The notes: a model not told the origin generated them from the letters alone. Counted from the first letter of the stretch, positions 1 through 9,833 are shown. The stretch is DNA of 64,000 bases from an uncultured bacterium (GCA_963720265.1 CAVRET010000001.1:69916-133915); one strand, 5' to 3'. Numbers and translations are program-made.

Positions 1-2
1 AG

Positions 3-554
3 GCGTATTCGGGCCAGCCGTGGTACACCGGCGATACGTACAACATCGCGGTGGGGCAAGGTGATTTGTTGGTGAGCCCCTTGCAGATGGCGATGGCGAT
101 CGCGGCGGTCGGCAACGGTGGCACATTATACAAGCCGGAGCTGGTGAGCGAAATTACCAACGCGGCCGGCAAGGTGGTGAGACGGATTGAGCCACAGGTC
201 GTGCGCAAGAATATTGCGAGTCCCTCGACGCTCGCGACCGTGAAGCAGGGGATGGAGCTGGCAGTAACCGAGCCGCAGGGCACGGCCTGCTGCTTTATTA
301 GGGTGCAGGTGCCGGTGCCGGTGGCAGCCAAGACCGGTACGGCTGAAACTGTGGTGCACGATACCGGCGCAAACCCCGACCAGCAGAGCAAGCCGGACGC
401 GTGGTTTGAGGCGTTTGCGCCGGCTGACAACCCAACCATCGCGATCGTGATCTTGCTCGAGAATTCCGGTGAAGGGGCGTCGTTTGCGGCGCCGGCGGCC
501 CGCGAGACCCTAGCCTGGTACTTTACGCAAGGGGCTGGAGCTGCGCAGCACTAG
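3..554 (+). CDS. mrdA: Penicillin-binding protein 2 (class B PBP), C-terminal part, 5'-truncated by window edge
   Basis: Open frame from the window start reads WYTGDTYNIAVGQG..VSPLQMA, then the KTGTAE (KTG) motif and AWFEAFAP..P.IA, typical of the transpeptidase C-terminus. Confidence 0.85.
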   Translation, partial: AYSGQPWYTGDTYNIAVGQGDLLVSPLQMAMAIAAVGNGGTLYKPELVSEITNAAGKVVRRIEPQVVRKNIASPSTLATVKQGMELAVTEPQGTACCFIRVQVPVPVAAKTGTAETVVHDTGANPDQQSKPDAWFEAFAPADNPTIAIVILLENSGEGASFAAPAARETLAWYFTQGAGAAQH

Positions 555-705
555 GCTCGAAGTTTTCCACATGCCGATGTGAAAGCGTTTTGTTTGTCAT
601 TGCGATATTTTGCCATTTTGAAGCCACTTATTTTTGTCTGACAATAATAACTATTGACGCTTTTTAGACCTAAGAGCATCATTGGAAAGCACAAATTACT
701 ACCTA

Positions 706-730
706 CTCGGGGCCCCCCGAGGATTTTTTT
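706..730 (+). terminator. Hairpin plus U-tract in the greA 5' leader (possible attenuator)
   Basis: CTCGGG-gccc-CCCGAG followed by GA and T7, about 40 nt upstream of the greA ATG. Confidence 0.45.
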
Positions 731-772
731 CACCCTTTACACAACGCTTACGTTTAGACAAGGAGTAACACT

Positions 773-1240
773 ATGAATGCAACTAAAAATGAATTTCATC
801 TGACAGCTGACGGTCTGCAGGCGCTTAAAGACGAACTGCAGGAACTCACAACAAAGAAGCGGGGCGAGATTGCTGAGCGGCTGAAAGAGGCCAAGGCCGA
901 TGGTGACCTGAGCGAGAACGCGATGTATGATGCGGCGCGCGATGAGCAGAGCTTTGTTGAGGGACGGATTGCGGAGATTGAGCACATTTTGAAGCACGCA
1001 ACGGTTATCACCAGTAAGGGCAAGGGGACTGTGTCGCTGGGCTCGAAGGTGAAGCTCGAACTTGAGGACGGCGAGCAGGAATACGTTATCGTGGGCCCGA
1101 CCGAGGCTAATCCGGACAGGGGTTTCATCTCCGACCAGTCGCCGATCGGCAAAGCGTTGCTTGGCAAGAAGCAAGGTGATGAAGTGACGGTGGACGTGCC
1201 GTCCGGGACCATGACGTACAAGATTAAGCACGTGGCGTAA
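773..1240 (+). CDS. greA: Transcription elongation factor GreA
   Basis: GDLSENAMYDAARDEQ signature, ISDQSPIGKALLGK C-terminus, AAGGAG SD. Confidence 0.97.
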   Translation: MNATKNEFHLTADGLQALKDELQELTTKKRGEIAERLKEAKADGDLSENAMYDAARDEQSFVEGRIAEIEHILKHATVITSKGKGTVSLGSKVKLELEDGEQEYVIVGPTEANPDRGFISDQSPIGKALLGKKQGDEVTVDVPSGTMTYKIKHVA

Positions 1241-1414
1241 TTCGCTGCTACGGCGTGCGAATGCCTTGCGCTCCATCCGAGGCTTGAACACTAGGTACAT
1301 TCGAATGTAATAATCGCTCGTAGTCGCGACTAGCATCCACACATCTGTGCAGCGGGGCGCCACATCGGCTTTAATCGTTAGCCTCAGGGAGAGAATTCAG
1401 GTAGAATGGGCGGC

Positions 1415-2977
1415 ATGAGTCGACCCGCAAGTAATTATTGGCTGGATCAGATCGTTGCGCAGATTATGGAGGCGCGGCCGGACGGCGAGATTGTGGTCGA
1501 GAGCGGGCACGCGCCTTCGGGCTATTATACCGTTGGAACGCTGCGCGAAGTGCTAACGGCCAGCGCCATTGCGTTGAGGCTCAACCAGTTGGGCCGAAAG
1601 GCCAAACACATCGATTTTGTGGACGATTTTGACGCTTTTCGCAAGGTACCGGCAGGTGTACCCGAGGAATGGAAACAATACATCGGCATGCCGCTGTACC
1701 TGGTGCCAGATCCGACCGGCAAGCATGGGTCGTGGGCAGAATGGCTGACAGGCGAATTTTATGGTGCGCTTGAGCAGATGGGACTCGATGCTGAAATCCG
1801 GTGGGCGCATGAGGAATATCCGGCTGGGAGGTTTACGAAACACATTGAGTTGGCACTGGAACAGATGGACAAAGGGCGGCAGATCATTACTGATTTGAGT
1901 AAACGAGAGCTGCCGGAGAATTGGTCGCCGGTGCAGATTTTGAGTGACGCTAATAATCTGCGTGAATGGGAGTTTGCGGGTTGGGACAAGGCCCGCCAGG
2001 TGGTGAAATGGCGCGACCAGGGCGGCAAAACCGGCGAGGTGCCGTATGATACCGGCCGAGTGAAGCTGGATTGGCGGTTTGACTGGCCGGCGCGGTGGGA
2101 CGCGCTGGGGGTAGATGTGGAGCCGTTTGGACGAGATCATGCTTCGAGCGGCGGCTCATATGACACGGGTGCGGCGATTGTGAAGCAGATTTTTGGCGGA
2201 GAGGCGCCGATTCCGGTACCTTATGACTTTATTAACCAGGTGGGGGAGACGAAAAAAATTAGCAAGTCAGCCGGCAATGCCATGACGGCGGCGGGCGTAC
2301 TGGAGATTATGCCGGGCGAAATTGTGCGCTATTTTATCTTGAAGTCATTGCCAGGCCGGCAATTGGTGTTTGATTCGGGACTCGGACTATACCGGCTGAT
2401 AGACGAGTATGCCAAGGTGCAGCAAGAAGTAGCCGCTGGTGGCCATCCGGAGTTGGAAGAGGCCTACCGGGTGGCGGCCGCTCAGACCGATCAGCAAACA
2501 ATTTCCAGCGTGCCGTTTGGGCACTTGGTGCAGTGCTACCAGGCGGCTGGAGGCGACATGGCGAAGACGCTTATGATCCTTACGCGAACCGGCTATGGTG
2601 AAGTGGTGCAGCGCGAACGGGCTGTTATTGAGCGCGAGCTTGGACTTGTGGCCAATTGGCTTGATAAGTACGCGCCTGAGAGCGTGAAGTTTAGTTTGCA
2701 GACTGAGCTGCCAAAGGTGGAGCTAACGGATGTGCAGCGAGTGTTTCTCGGTAAACTGGCGGATACATTGGAGCATGAGCCGGCGAAGAACGGCCAGGCG
2801 ATGCATGATGCTATTTATGCGGCCGCAACAGCGGCTGAGTGTAAGCCGACAGCGGCTTTTGTGGCTCTGTATAGAGTGATTATTGGCAAAGATGCGGGAC
2901 CAAAAGCCGGTTGGTTTTTGGCTGAGCTGGACCATGACTGGCTGATTGCGCGGTTACGTGCTGGTGTGAAAGCGTAG
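1415..2977 (+). CDS. lysS: Lysine--tRNA ligase, class I
   Basis: ESGHAPSG, DDFDAFRKVP, KLDWRFDWPARW, EPFGRDH..GGSY, KISKSAG (KMSKS-like) and GPKAG; start 1415 chosen because TAGAAT lies 7 nt upstream (alternative 1406). Confidence 0.93.
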   Translation: MSRPASNYWLDQIVAQIMEARPDGEIVVESGHAPSGYYTVGTLREVLTASAIALRLNQLGRKAKHIDFVDDFDAFRKVPAGVPEEWKQYIGMPLYLVPDPTGKHGSWAEWLTGEFYGALEQMGLDAEIRWAHEEYPAGRFTKHIELALEQMDKGRQIITDLSKRELPENWSPVQILSDANNLREWEFAGWDKARQVVKWRDQGGKTGEVPYDTGRVKLDWRFDWPARWDALGVDVEPFGRDHASSGGSYDTGAAIVKQIFGGEAPIPVPYDFINQVGETKKISKSAGNAMTAAGVLEIMPGEIVRYFILKSLPGRQLVFDSGLGLYRLIDEYAKVQQEVAAGGHPELEEAYRVAAAQTDQQTISSVPFGHLVQCYQAAGGDMAKTLMILTRTGYGEVVQRERAVIERELGLVANWLDKYAPESVKFSLQTELPKVELTDVQRVFLGKLADTLEHEPAKNGQAMHDAIYAAATAAECKPTAAFVALYRVIIGKDAGPKAGWFLAELDHDWLIARLRAGVKA

Positions 2978-3073
2978 AGTCCGGGCCAGGCGCTTGACCT
3001 TACACCCCCAGGTAGGGTATGAAATGTAGACTGGCGCCGGCCAGTTTTTGCTCGAGTGGTCGAGTAGGCCGAA

Positions 3074-3331
3074 ATGGACCTTAACATTCTGTTGGAGAGC
3101 AGTGCAGTGATCGTTGACGGCGAGCTGGTGCTCATCTATAGCCAGCTGATTGCCGCCAGTCTGGGCCATACTATTGTGGTGCCCCAGTATGGTCTGATGT
3201 ACCCCTGTTACCATTGCCAGTTTGCTACCCCGAACCGACTTGTGTGGCCGGGGCCGGTTGTACGATACGTCGAGGCGTTTTGCAGGCTCTGCTTTAAAGA
3301 GCTGTTGCGGGTAGGACCGAGAAGTGGCTAG
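3074..3331 (+). CDS. Hypothetical 85-aa protein with CxxC...CxxC (possible Zn-binding)
   Basis: CYHC and CRLC pairs; TTGACC..TATGAA promoter-like sequence upstream. Confidence 0.45.
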   Translation: MDLNILLESSAVIVDGELVLIYSQLIAASLGHTIVVPQYGLMYPCYHCQFATPNRLVWPGPVVRYVEAFCRLCFKELLRVGPRSG

Positions 3332-3355
3332 CGCGACCAGGTACTTGAGAAGGTA

Positions 3356-3667
3356 ATGCGTTCCCGTGCCATCCCGCACCGCCGTACGTTTACGGGTGTG
3401 CAGCAGGATGCAGAGCGGGCTCGGGATCGCCGCGAGCATCAGTTTGAGCTCGTCGTGGCTCGTTTGCGGCCGCAGCTTCCGGCTGAGCCGCCGTCGGTTG
3501 CCGAGTTGCAGTCTGCGCAGCCTGAAGGTGTTGCACAGCCATCTGAGCCGGCGGCTCCTGTCCCGACGGCCAGCCAGGTGGCCGCCAGGCTGGCGGTGGG
3601 TGCGGCTGAGCTAGCTGCAGCCGCACTGGACGGTATCGGGTCCGTAGAGGGGGTAAAGAAGGAGTGA
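3356..3667 (+). CDS. Hypothetical 103-aa Pro/Ala-rich protein
   Basis: ATG preceded by GAAGG and followed by a strong hairpin; no recognisable domain. Confidence 0.4.
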   Translation: MRSRAIPHRRTFTGVQQDAERARDRREHQFELVVARLRPQLPAEPPSVAELQSAQPEGVAQPSEPAAPVPTASQVAARLAVGAAELAAAALDGIGSVEGVKKE

Positions 3668-3672
3668 GCAGA

Positions 3673-3707
3673 GTCCGGGCTGCGCGCGGTATGCGTGCGG
3701 CCCGGAC
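3673..3707 (+). terminator. GC-rich stem-loop after the orphan pair
   Basis: GTCCGGGCTGCGCGC-ggtat-GCGTGCGGCCCGGAC, T-run shortly after. Confidence 0.6.
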
Positions 3708-3875
3708 CCCCGGTTTTTGAGGTATACTTGAGGCACAATGTTGGAAGTGCGAACGCATTCGAAGAGTGAGTGGATTAAGGTTGGTACGGCCGGGGCCTTA
3801 CCGGTGTCGCCTGCGGGCGTGGTATAGTCATTTTTCTTAAGCCCGTTTGACACATCAGATAAGAAGGAAACGGTC

Positions 3876-5180
3876 ATGATTGATATTAAATTCTTGCGGG
3901 AGCATCCGGATGAGGTGAAAGCTGCTGCCAGAAACAAGAATGCCGAGGTCGGTGACAAAGATATTGATAAGCTCCTGGAACTGGATTCACAGCGGCGGGA
4001 GCTTTTGGGTGAAATTGAAGATGTGCGCCGAGAGCGCAATGCGCTCGCTGACAGTCTGAAAAAGGCTAAACCGAGCGAGGAGCAAATTGCGCGGGGCAAG
4101 AAGTTGCGGTTTGATTTGGGCAGCCTCGAAGACAAGTACGCCAAAATTGATGGTGAATATCTGGCAATTTTGAAGCTTGTGCCGAACATTCCGACCGCGG
4201 ACGTGCCGATTGGTAAGAGTGAAGACGAGAACGTGGTGTCGAAAACAGTGGGGGAGGTGCCAAAGTTTGATTTCGAGCCCAAGAACCACTGGGAGCTGGC
4301 CGAAGCACACGGCTGGATGGACAAGGAGCGGGCGGCCAAGGTGACGGGTGCGCGGTTCGTTTATTTGAAGGGGAGCTTGGTGCGGCTACAGTTTGCGCTG
4401 ATGCAGTTTGTGTTAGATACGCTTACTAATGAGGGAACGCTGAAGAAGCTTGCGGCCGATAATAAGCTCAATGTGAGCCCGAAGCCGTTTGTGCCGGTGT
4501 TGCCGCCGTTTATGATCCGGACCGAATTGTACGAAGCCATGGACCGGCTGGAGCCGCGCGACGACCGCTACAAGATCGAGGATGAAGATTTGTGGCTGCA
4601 GGGCAGTGCCGAGCACGTGTTGGGTCCGATGCACGCCGGCGAGATTTTTGATGAGGCGGATTTGCCACTGCGGTACTTGGGTTATGCCACGAGCTTCCGG
4701 CGCGAGGCCGGCACCTATGGCAAGGATACCGAAGGCATGTTCCGCATGCACCAATTTGACAAAATGGAGATGGAGAGCTTTACAACCCCGGAGCAGTCAT
4801 TGGATGAGCACTTATTTTTCATTGCCATCCAAGAGTACTTAATGCAAACGCTTGAAATTCCGTATCATGTGCTGATGAAATGTACGGCTGATATTGGTAA
4901 ACCTAATGCCAGGGGTGTGGATATTGAGGCGTGGCTGCCGGGCCAAAACAAGTATCGCGAGACCCATACGGCCGATTATATGACGGACTACCAGACTCGG
5001 CGGCTCGGTGTGCGAGTGCGGCGCGCGAACGGTGAGCTGGTGCTCGCCCACACCAACGATGCGACGGCCTTTGCGATGAGCCGCACGCCGATTGCCATTC
5101 TCGAAAATTACCAGCAGGCCGACGGTACGGTGCGCGTGCCAAAGGCGCTCGTTAAATATTATGGAGGCGAAACGTTATGA
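3876..5180 (+). CDS. serS: Serine--tRNA ligase
   Basis: MIDIKFLRE N-terminus with coiled arm, SFRREAGTYGKDTEGMFRMHQFDKMEM motif 2, ILENYQQADG.V.VP..L. Confidence 0.97.
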   Translation: MIDIKFLREHPDEVKAAARNKNAEVGDKDIDKLLELDSQRRELLGEIEDVRRERNALADSLKKAKPSEEQIARGKKLRFDLGSLEDKYAKIDGEYLAILKLVPNIPTADVPIGKSEDENVVSKTVGEVPKFDFEPKNHWELAEAHGWMDKERAAKVTGARFVYLKGSLVRLQFALMQFVLDTLTNEGTLKKLAADNKLNVSPKPFVPVLPPFMIRTELYEAMDRLEPRDDRYKIEDEDLWLQGSAEHVLGPMHAGEIFDEADLPLRYLGYATSFRREAGTYGKDTEGMFRMHQFDKMEMESFTTPEQSLDEHLFFIAIQEYLMQTLEIPYHVLMKCTADIGKPNARGVDIEAWLPGQNKYRETHTADYMTDYQTRRLGVRVRRANGELVLAHTNDATAFAMSRTPIAILENYQQADGTVRVPKALVKYYGGETL

Positions 5181-5590
5181 TCCGATTTGACGTATCCGGC
5201 CGAAATTATGAGGTGGATGAGAAGCTACGAGACTATATTGACGAAAAGCTGGGTGGACTGGAACGTTATGTGCCCAGGGGCGTGCGGGCATCGGTGCGGG
5301 GCGAAGTAGTGCTCGAAGACGATGCTAGCGGCCGCGAGGATAATCGCTACGTATGTGAGGCGATCGTGATGATACGAGGCGACCGGCTGATGAGCCGCGA
5401 GGGCACACTCAATATGTACGCGGCGATCGACATTGTTGAGGAAAAATTAAAAGCCCAGCTGGTTAAATATAAGGAAAAGCACAGTTTTGGGCCGCGGCGG
5501 GAGCGGATGTTGTCACGTTTCCTGGGGCGGCGCAGTGAGGCCGAGGCGGGCGAGCCAGGCGCAACGGAAGAGGCTGAAGAAGCGGCCTGA
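5177..5590 (+). CDS. hpf: Ribosome hibernation promoting factor (HPF/RaiA family)
   Basis: GRNYEV..LRDYIDEKL..LERY and NMYAAID.V.EKL..QL.KYKEK; hpf-secA neighbourhood. Confidence 0.9.
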   Translation: MIRFDVSGRNYEVDEKLRDYIDEKLGGLERYVPRGVRASVRGEVVLEDDASGREDNRYVCEAIVMIRGDRLMSREGTLNMYAAIDIVEEKLKAQLVKYKEKHSFGPRRERMLSRFLGRRSEAEAGEPGATEEAEEAA

Positions 5591-5675
5591 CCGGCGAGAA
5601 GTCTAGCTTTTGCGCTCCTCTATGATCTGATATGATGCTGACACTCGGTCCATCCACACAATGGAAGGAGCCCAT

Positions 5676-6257
5676 ATGGCTGCTCAGCCTGGGGCGGGCG
5701 GCGACCAGCCTGTAGATGTTCTACCACAACTCGAAGCACTAGCGTTGGCTTGTGCGTCTGGTTCGCCAGAGCGAGAGAGGCTCGAGGAGGTGCTGGCCTT
5801 CGCGCGAGAGCTCCAAGGCCGCTCCCCAAGTCTCTCTCAAGTGGCCGAAACCCGAGGCACGTCCGTGTCGAGACTGCTTGCTGGGGCGTTTGGCCGCATG
5901 GGGGTCAAAAGGCCGGTGCCGCCGATCGCAGAACCTATGCCGCTCCCCGCGGGGGGAACCCATCAGTTTGGGCTCATCGCGATGAAAGTAGATCGGCGTC
6001 TCTGCTTGGTGAATGGTATTCCGACGCAGCGGCTTACCCCAATAGAGTTCTCTGTTTTGTTGCTGCTCGTGGCAGCACGAGGGCTCGTTGTAACTCGAGA
6101 GCAGATTTGTTCGACGATTTGGGGGCGGCCGGAGCACGAAATGGGTCCGAGTCTCAATCAGAGCGTCACGCAAATTCGTCGCAAGCTCGAACGATATGCG
6201 GGACTGCTCGGGAGCGACCCAAGGGTGGGATACTATGTGAAGGAGACGCTCGAGTAG
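5676..6257 (+). CDS. OmpR/PhoB-type winged-helix DNA-binding protein without receiver domain
   Basis: LTPIEFSVLLLL...G.VVTREQI...IWG...ITQIRRKL-like helix...PRVGYY; GGAAGGAG SD. Confidence 0.8.
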   Translation: MAAQPGAGGDQPVDVLPQLEALALACASGSPERERLEEVLAFARELQGRSPSLSQVAETRGTSVSRLLAGAFGRMGVKRPVPPIAEPMPLPAGGTHQFGLIAMKVDRRLCLVNGIPTQRLTPIEFSVLLLLVAARGLVVTREQICSTIWGRPEHEMGPSLNQSVTQIRRKLERYAGLLGSDPRVGYYVKETLE

Positions 6258-6482
6258 CCATTCTGTGGTCGGCCCCAAGGCTGACCAATGCTGTTGCTGC
6301 AGTTTCGGAAACCCGGTCGGGCCGGAGGCGCTCGGCCGGGTTGAGGCGTTTTTCAGGCTAAGAGGAGTAGCTTTTTTACGATGGTGCCGGTGTATCGTTC
6401 CGGTAGATAGCCTGTTCAGATTCAAGAATTTTGGTATTATTGGTGTCATTCCATTCACAAGGCCGGAAGGGCGGGATGATAC

Positions 6483-7050
6483 GTGACCGGAACGGACGGA
6501 ATAGACACGGACGCGGTTCGTGCCGCGACGGGGCTGTTCGCCGAATTTGCTCAAGCCCAATCAGATCTCCACGAAGATGCAAGTGTATCTCAAGAACTGT
6601 GGTTGTCGGCAGGGTTGGTGGCATCTCATTACGAACGGCTCAATGAGCTAGCTAAATCCCTGGGCGTGACAGTGTCGGATTTGCTCCAGCTGTTGCTCAA
6701 TGATGCGAAGGAGTGGGCGAGGAAGCGCGCCGAGGCAGCAGACCAGGTGTACCGAGTGGGACCGTTCGAGATCGACGTGCGTCATAACACCATCAAGATT
6801 GATGGTGTTATGTTCACCGGAGTAACGCCGATGGAGTTTGAGCTTCTGCTGGCTTTGGTGGAAGAAGGCGGTAGGTCCTGCGCTCGCGACTGGCTACTGG
6901 AGCGCGTTTGGGGGGAGTCAACATTACGACAGGGGCACTCTCACGGTCCATGTGAACCGTCTTCGGGACAAGCTTGGAGCACAGGGCTTTTCGCGCAATC
7001 TGATTCTGACCGAGGTGGGGTTCGGCTACAAATGTGCGCTCGAGGCGTGA
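6483..7050 (+). pseudogene. Second receiver-less OmpR/PhoB wHTH gene, frameshifted at G6 run 6910-6915
   Basis: First frame gives TPMEFELLLAL..RDWLLERVWG; the +1 frame continues SQHYDRGTLTVHVNRLRDKLG..ILTEVGFGYK and stops at 7050. Confidence 0.8.
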
Positions 7051-7092
7051 GCCGAGGCCGGCTCGGAGATCCTGGCGATGTTCATGGCGAGT

Positions 7093-7126
7093 GCGATTCG
7101 GCCGGCCGTGAGGTCGGCCGAATCGC
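7093..7126 (+). terminator. GC-rich 15-bp stem-loop
   Basis: GCGATTCGGCCGGCC-gtga-GGTCGGCCGAATCGC. Confidence 0.6.
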
Positions 7127-7199
7127 TGGGTAGTTTGGAGTAGCAGTGGCTCGGTGCTAAACTAACGGGGTAGGGCCGGAAGGGGGCCTTTCTTTTACG

Positions 7200-9833
7200 A
7201 TGTCACAATATGCATGGCTGAATAAGGTTATTGGTGACCCGAATGTGCGCGAGGTGAAGCGCGCGCGGGTGCTGGTGGCGAGAGTTAACGCGTTCGAGGA
7301 TAAGGTTAAGGCGCTGTCGGACGAACAGCTGCGGGAGCAAACGGCAAAGCTCAAAGAACGACTGGGTAAGCGTGAATCGCTTGACGATATTTTGCCTGAG
7401 GCATTTGCGACCGTGCGCGAGGCGGCCAGCCGGACGATAGGCCAGCGACATTTCGATGTGCAGCTGGTAGGCGGAATTGTGCTGCATGAAGGTAAGATCG
7501 CCGAGATGCGGACGGGTGAGGGCAAGACGCTGGTGGCCACGGCGCCAAGTTATTTGAATGCGCTGACCGGTAAGGGCGTGCACGTAGTGACAGTGAATGA
7601 TTATCTCGCTAGTTTGCATGGTGGCTGGATGGGCAAGATCTATGGCAGTCTGGGGATGAGCACCGGCGTGATTGTGCACGATGCGGCGTTTGTGTACGAT
7701 CCTGAGTTTGATAGCCATGAGCATCCGGACGACCGGCTCAACCATCTGAGACCGGCCACTCGGGCAGAGGCCTATCAGGCCGATATTACCTATGGCACTA
7801 ATAATGAATTTGGTTTTGATTATTTGCGCGATAATATGGTCGATGATCTAGCCAAAATGGTGCAGCGGCCACTGCATTACGCAATTGTGGACGAGGTGGA
7901 CTCGATCTTGGTTGATGAGGCGAGGACGCCTCTTATTATTAGCGCGCCGGCCAATGAGGCAACGGACAAGTACTACGAATTCGCCAAACTGGCGGCGACG
8001 CTGCAGCAGGAGCGTGATTATACGCTCGACGAAAAGCTCAAAGCCGTGAGCCTCACGGATGAGGGCGTGGAGCGCGTGGAGCGGGCCTTGGGCGTGGACA
8101 ATGTGTACGAGGCCGGCCGGATTGATGAGGTGCACCACATTGAACAGGCGGTGCGGGCGCAAGCGCTGTATTTACGCGACCGGGACTATGTGGTGCGCGA
8201 CGGCGAGATTATTATTGTGGACGAGTTTACCGGACGGCTGATGCCGGGCCGGCGGTGGAGCGAAGGCCTGCACCAGGCGGTGGAGGCAAAAGAAGGCGTG
8301 CAGATTCAGCAGGAGTCACTGACGCTGGCTACGATTACGTTCCAGAATTACTTTAGGCTGTTTGAGAAGCTGGCCGGCATGACGGGCACGGCCAAGACTG
8401 AGGAAGAGGAATTCCACAAGATTTATGATCTCGATGTGGTGACGATTCCAACGCACCGACCAATGATCCGGGCCGATTTACCTGACCGGATTTATAAGAC
8501 CGAGGATGGCAAGTTTAGGGCTGTGGCCAAGGAAGTAGCGGTGATGCATGCAAAGGGCCAGCCGGTGCTGCTCGGTACCGTGAGCATTGCCAAAAATGAG
8601 CTGTTGAGCCGATATTTGACTGAACTGAAGGTGCCGCATCAGGTGCTCAATGCCAAGAACAACGAGGCTGAGGCCGGCACGATTGCGGCGGCCGGAGTTG
8701 CTGGGGCGGTAACGCTGGCTACGAATATCGCCGGCCGCGGAACCGACATTATGCTAGCCGACGGCGTATCGGAGCTGGGCGGCCTGCATGTGCTCGGTAC
8801 CGAACGGCACGAGAGCCGACGGATTGATAACCAGTTGCGTGGTCGCTCCGGGCGGCAAGGCGATCCAGGATCGAGCCAATTTTACGTGAGTTTGGAAGAT
8901 GATTTGATGCGCATTTTTGGCGGCGAGCGCATTCAGGCCATGATGAGTACACTCGGCCTTGATGATGAGACACCGATCGAGAATAAACTGGTGTCGCGTA
9001 GTCTCGAAGGGGCGCAGAAGAAGGTGGAGGGCCACAATTTTGATACCCGCAAGCAGCTGGTAGAATACGACGACGTAATGAACAAACACCGCGAAGCGGT
9101 GTATGCCAGGAGGCGGCGAGCGCTGGAGGCGGAGCGGCTGCGCGACGACATCATGGAGATGGTCGAGACGCAAGCGAAGGCTATGGTAACGGCGCATACC
9201 AACGCGCGCACCGGCGAGGTAGATTTTGAGGCACTGAAAGAAGCAGTGAGTAGCATGTTACCGGTGTCGACTGAATTGTCCGAAAAGTTTAGTAAGGCGC
9301 ATCCAAGCGAGTTGGCAGACTTGATTGTGGGCGAGGCAGAAACGTTGTATACAGCCCGGGAAGAGGCGTTTACACCGGATCTGATGCGCCTGGTGGAGCG
9401 CTTTACCTATGTGACTGCGCTTGATCGGCTGTGGATCGAACACCTGGAGGCGATGGATGCGCTACGGGGCGGTATTGGCTTACGGGCGATTGGGCAGCGC
9501 GATCCGTTGGTCGAGTACAAGCGCGAGGGCTTTAGGATGTTTAAACAGCTGTTGGGCCTGCTCGATGCCGAAGTGGCGACTACGATATTCAAGATGCAAA
9601 TAGCGAGGAATGACGGACCAGCTCCGAGTGCCGGAGTGAAAACGGCACTGACCCGGGCGGCGGCGACGGCGCGTACCAACGCAGCGGCAATTGAGACTGG
9701 AGCGGTAACCGCTACGGGCGGAGACGAGGCGACGGGCAGTGGTTCACGGGCCGAGCGCCGGGCCCGGGCACATGCTGCCACTACCGGTGGGGGCACGAGT
9801 AAGCCGGCTAAGAAGCGCAAGAAGCGCCGTTAA
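7200..9833 (+). CDS. secA: Preprotein translocase ATPase SecA
   Basis: AEMRTGEGKTL, VDEVDSILVDEARTPLIIS, RRIDNQLRGRSGRQGDPG, QRDPLVEYKREGF; no C-terminal Zn motif. Confidence 0.98.
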   Translation: MSQYAWLNKVIGDPNVREVKRARVLVARVNAFEDKVKALSDEQLREQTAKLKERLGKRESLDDILPEAFATVREAASRTIGQRHFDVQLVGGIVLHEGKIAEMRTGEGKTLVATAPSYLNALTGKGVHVVTVNDYLASLHGGWMGKIYGSLGMSTGVIVHDAAFVYDPEFDSHEHPDDRLNHLRPATRAEAYQADITYGTNNEFGFDYLRDNMVDDLAKMVQRPLHYAIVDEVDSILVDEARTPLIISAPANEATDKYYEFAKLAATLQQERDYTLDEKLKAVSLTDEGVERVERALGVDNVYEAGRIDEVHHIEQAVRAQALYLRDRDYVVRDGEIIIVDEFTGRLMPGRRWSEGLHQAVEAKEGVQIQQESLTLATITFQNYFRLFEKLAGMTGTAKTEEEEFHKIYDLDVVTIPTHRPMIRADLPDRIYKTEDGKFRAVAKEVAVMHAKGQPVLLGTVSIAKNELLSRYLTELKVPHQVLNAKNNEAEAGTIAAAGVAGAVTLATNIAGRGTDIMLADGVSELGGLHVLGTERHESRRIDNQLRGRSGRQGDPGSSQFYVSLEDDLMRIFGGERIQAMMSTLGLDDETPIENKLVSRSLEGAQKKVEGHNFDTRKQLVEYDDVMNKHREAVYARRRRALEAERLRDDIMEMVETQAKAMVTAHTNARTGEVDFEALKEAVSSMLPVSTELSEKFSKAHPSELADLIVGEAETLYTAREEAFTPDLMRLVERFTYVTALDRLWIEHLEAMDALRGGIGLRAIGQRDPLVEYKREGFRMFKQLLGLLDAEVATTIFKMQIARNDGPAPSAGVKTALTRAAATARTNAAAIETGAVTATGGDEATGSGSRAERRARAHAATTGGGTSKPAKKRKKRR

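Noticed and set aside
6916-7133. C-terminal third of the 6483-7133 ORF as real protein
   Set aside because: Out-of-frame read-through after the G6 run; the wHTH continues in the +1 frame and this tail overlaps the terminator hairpin
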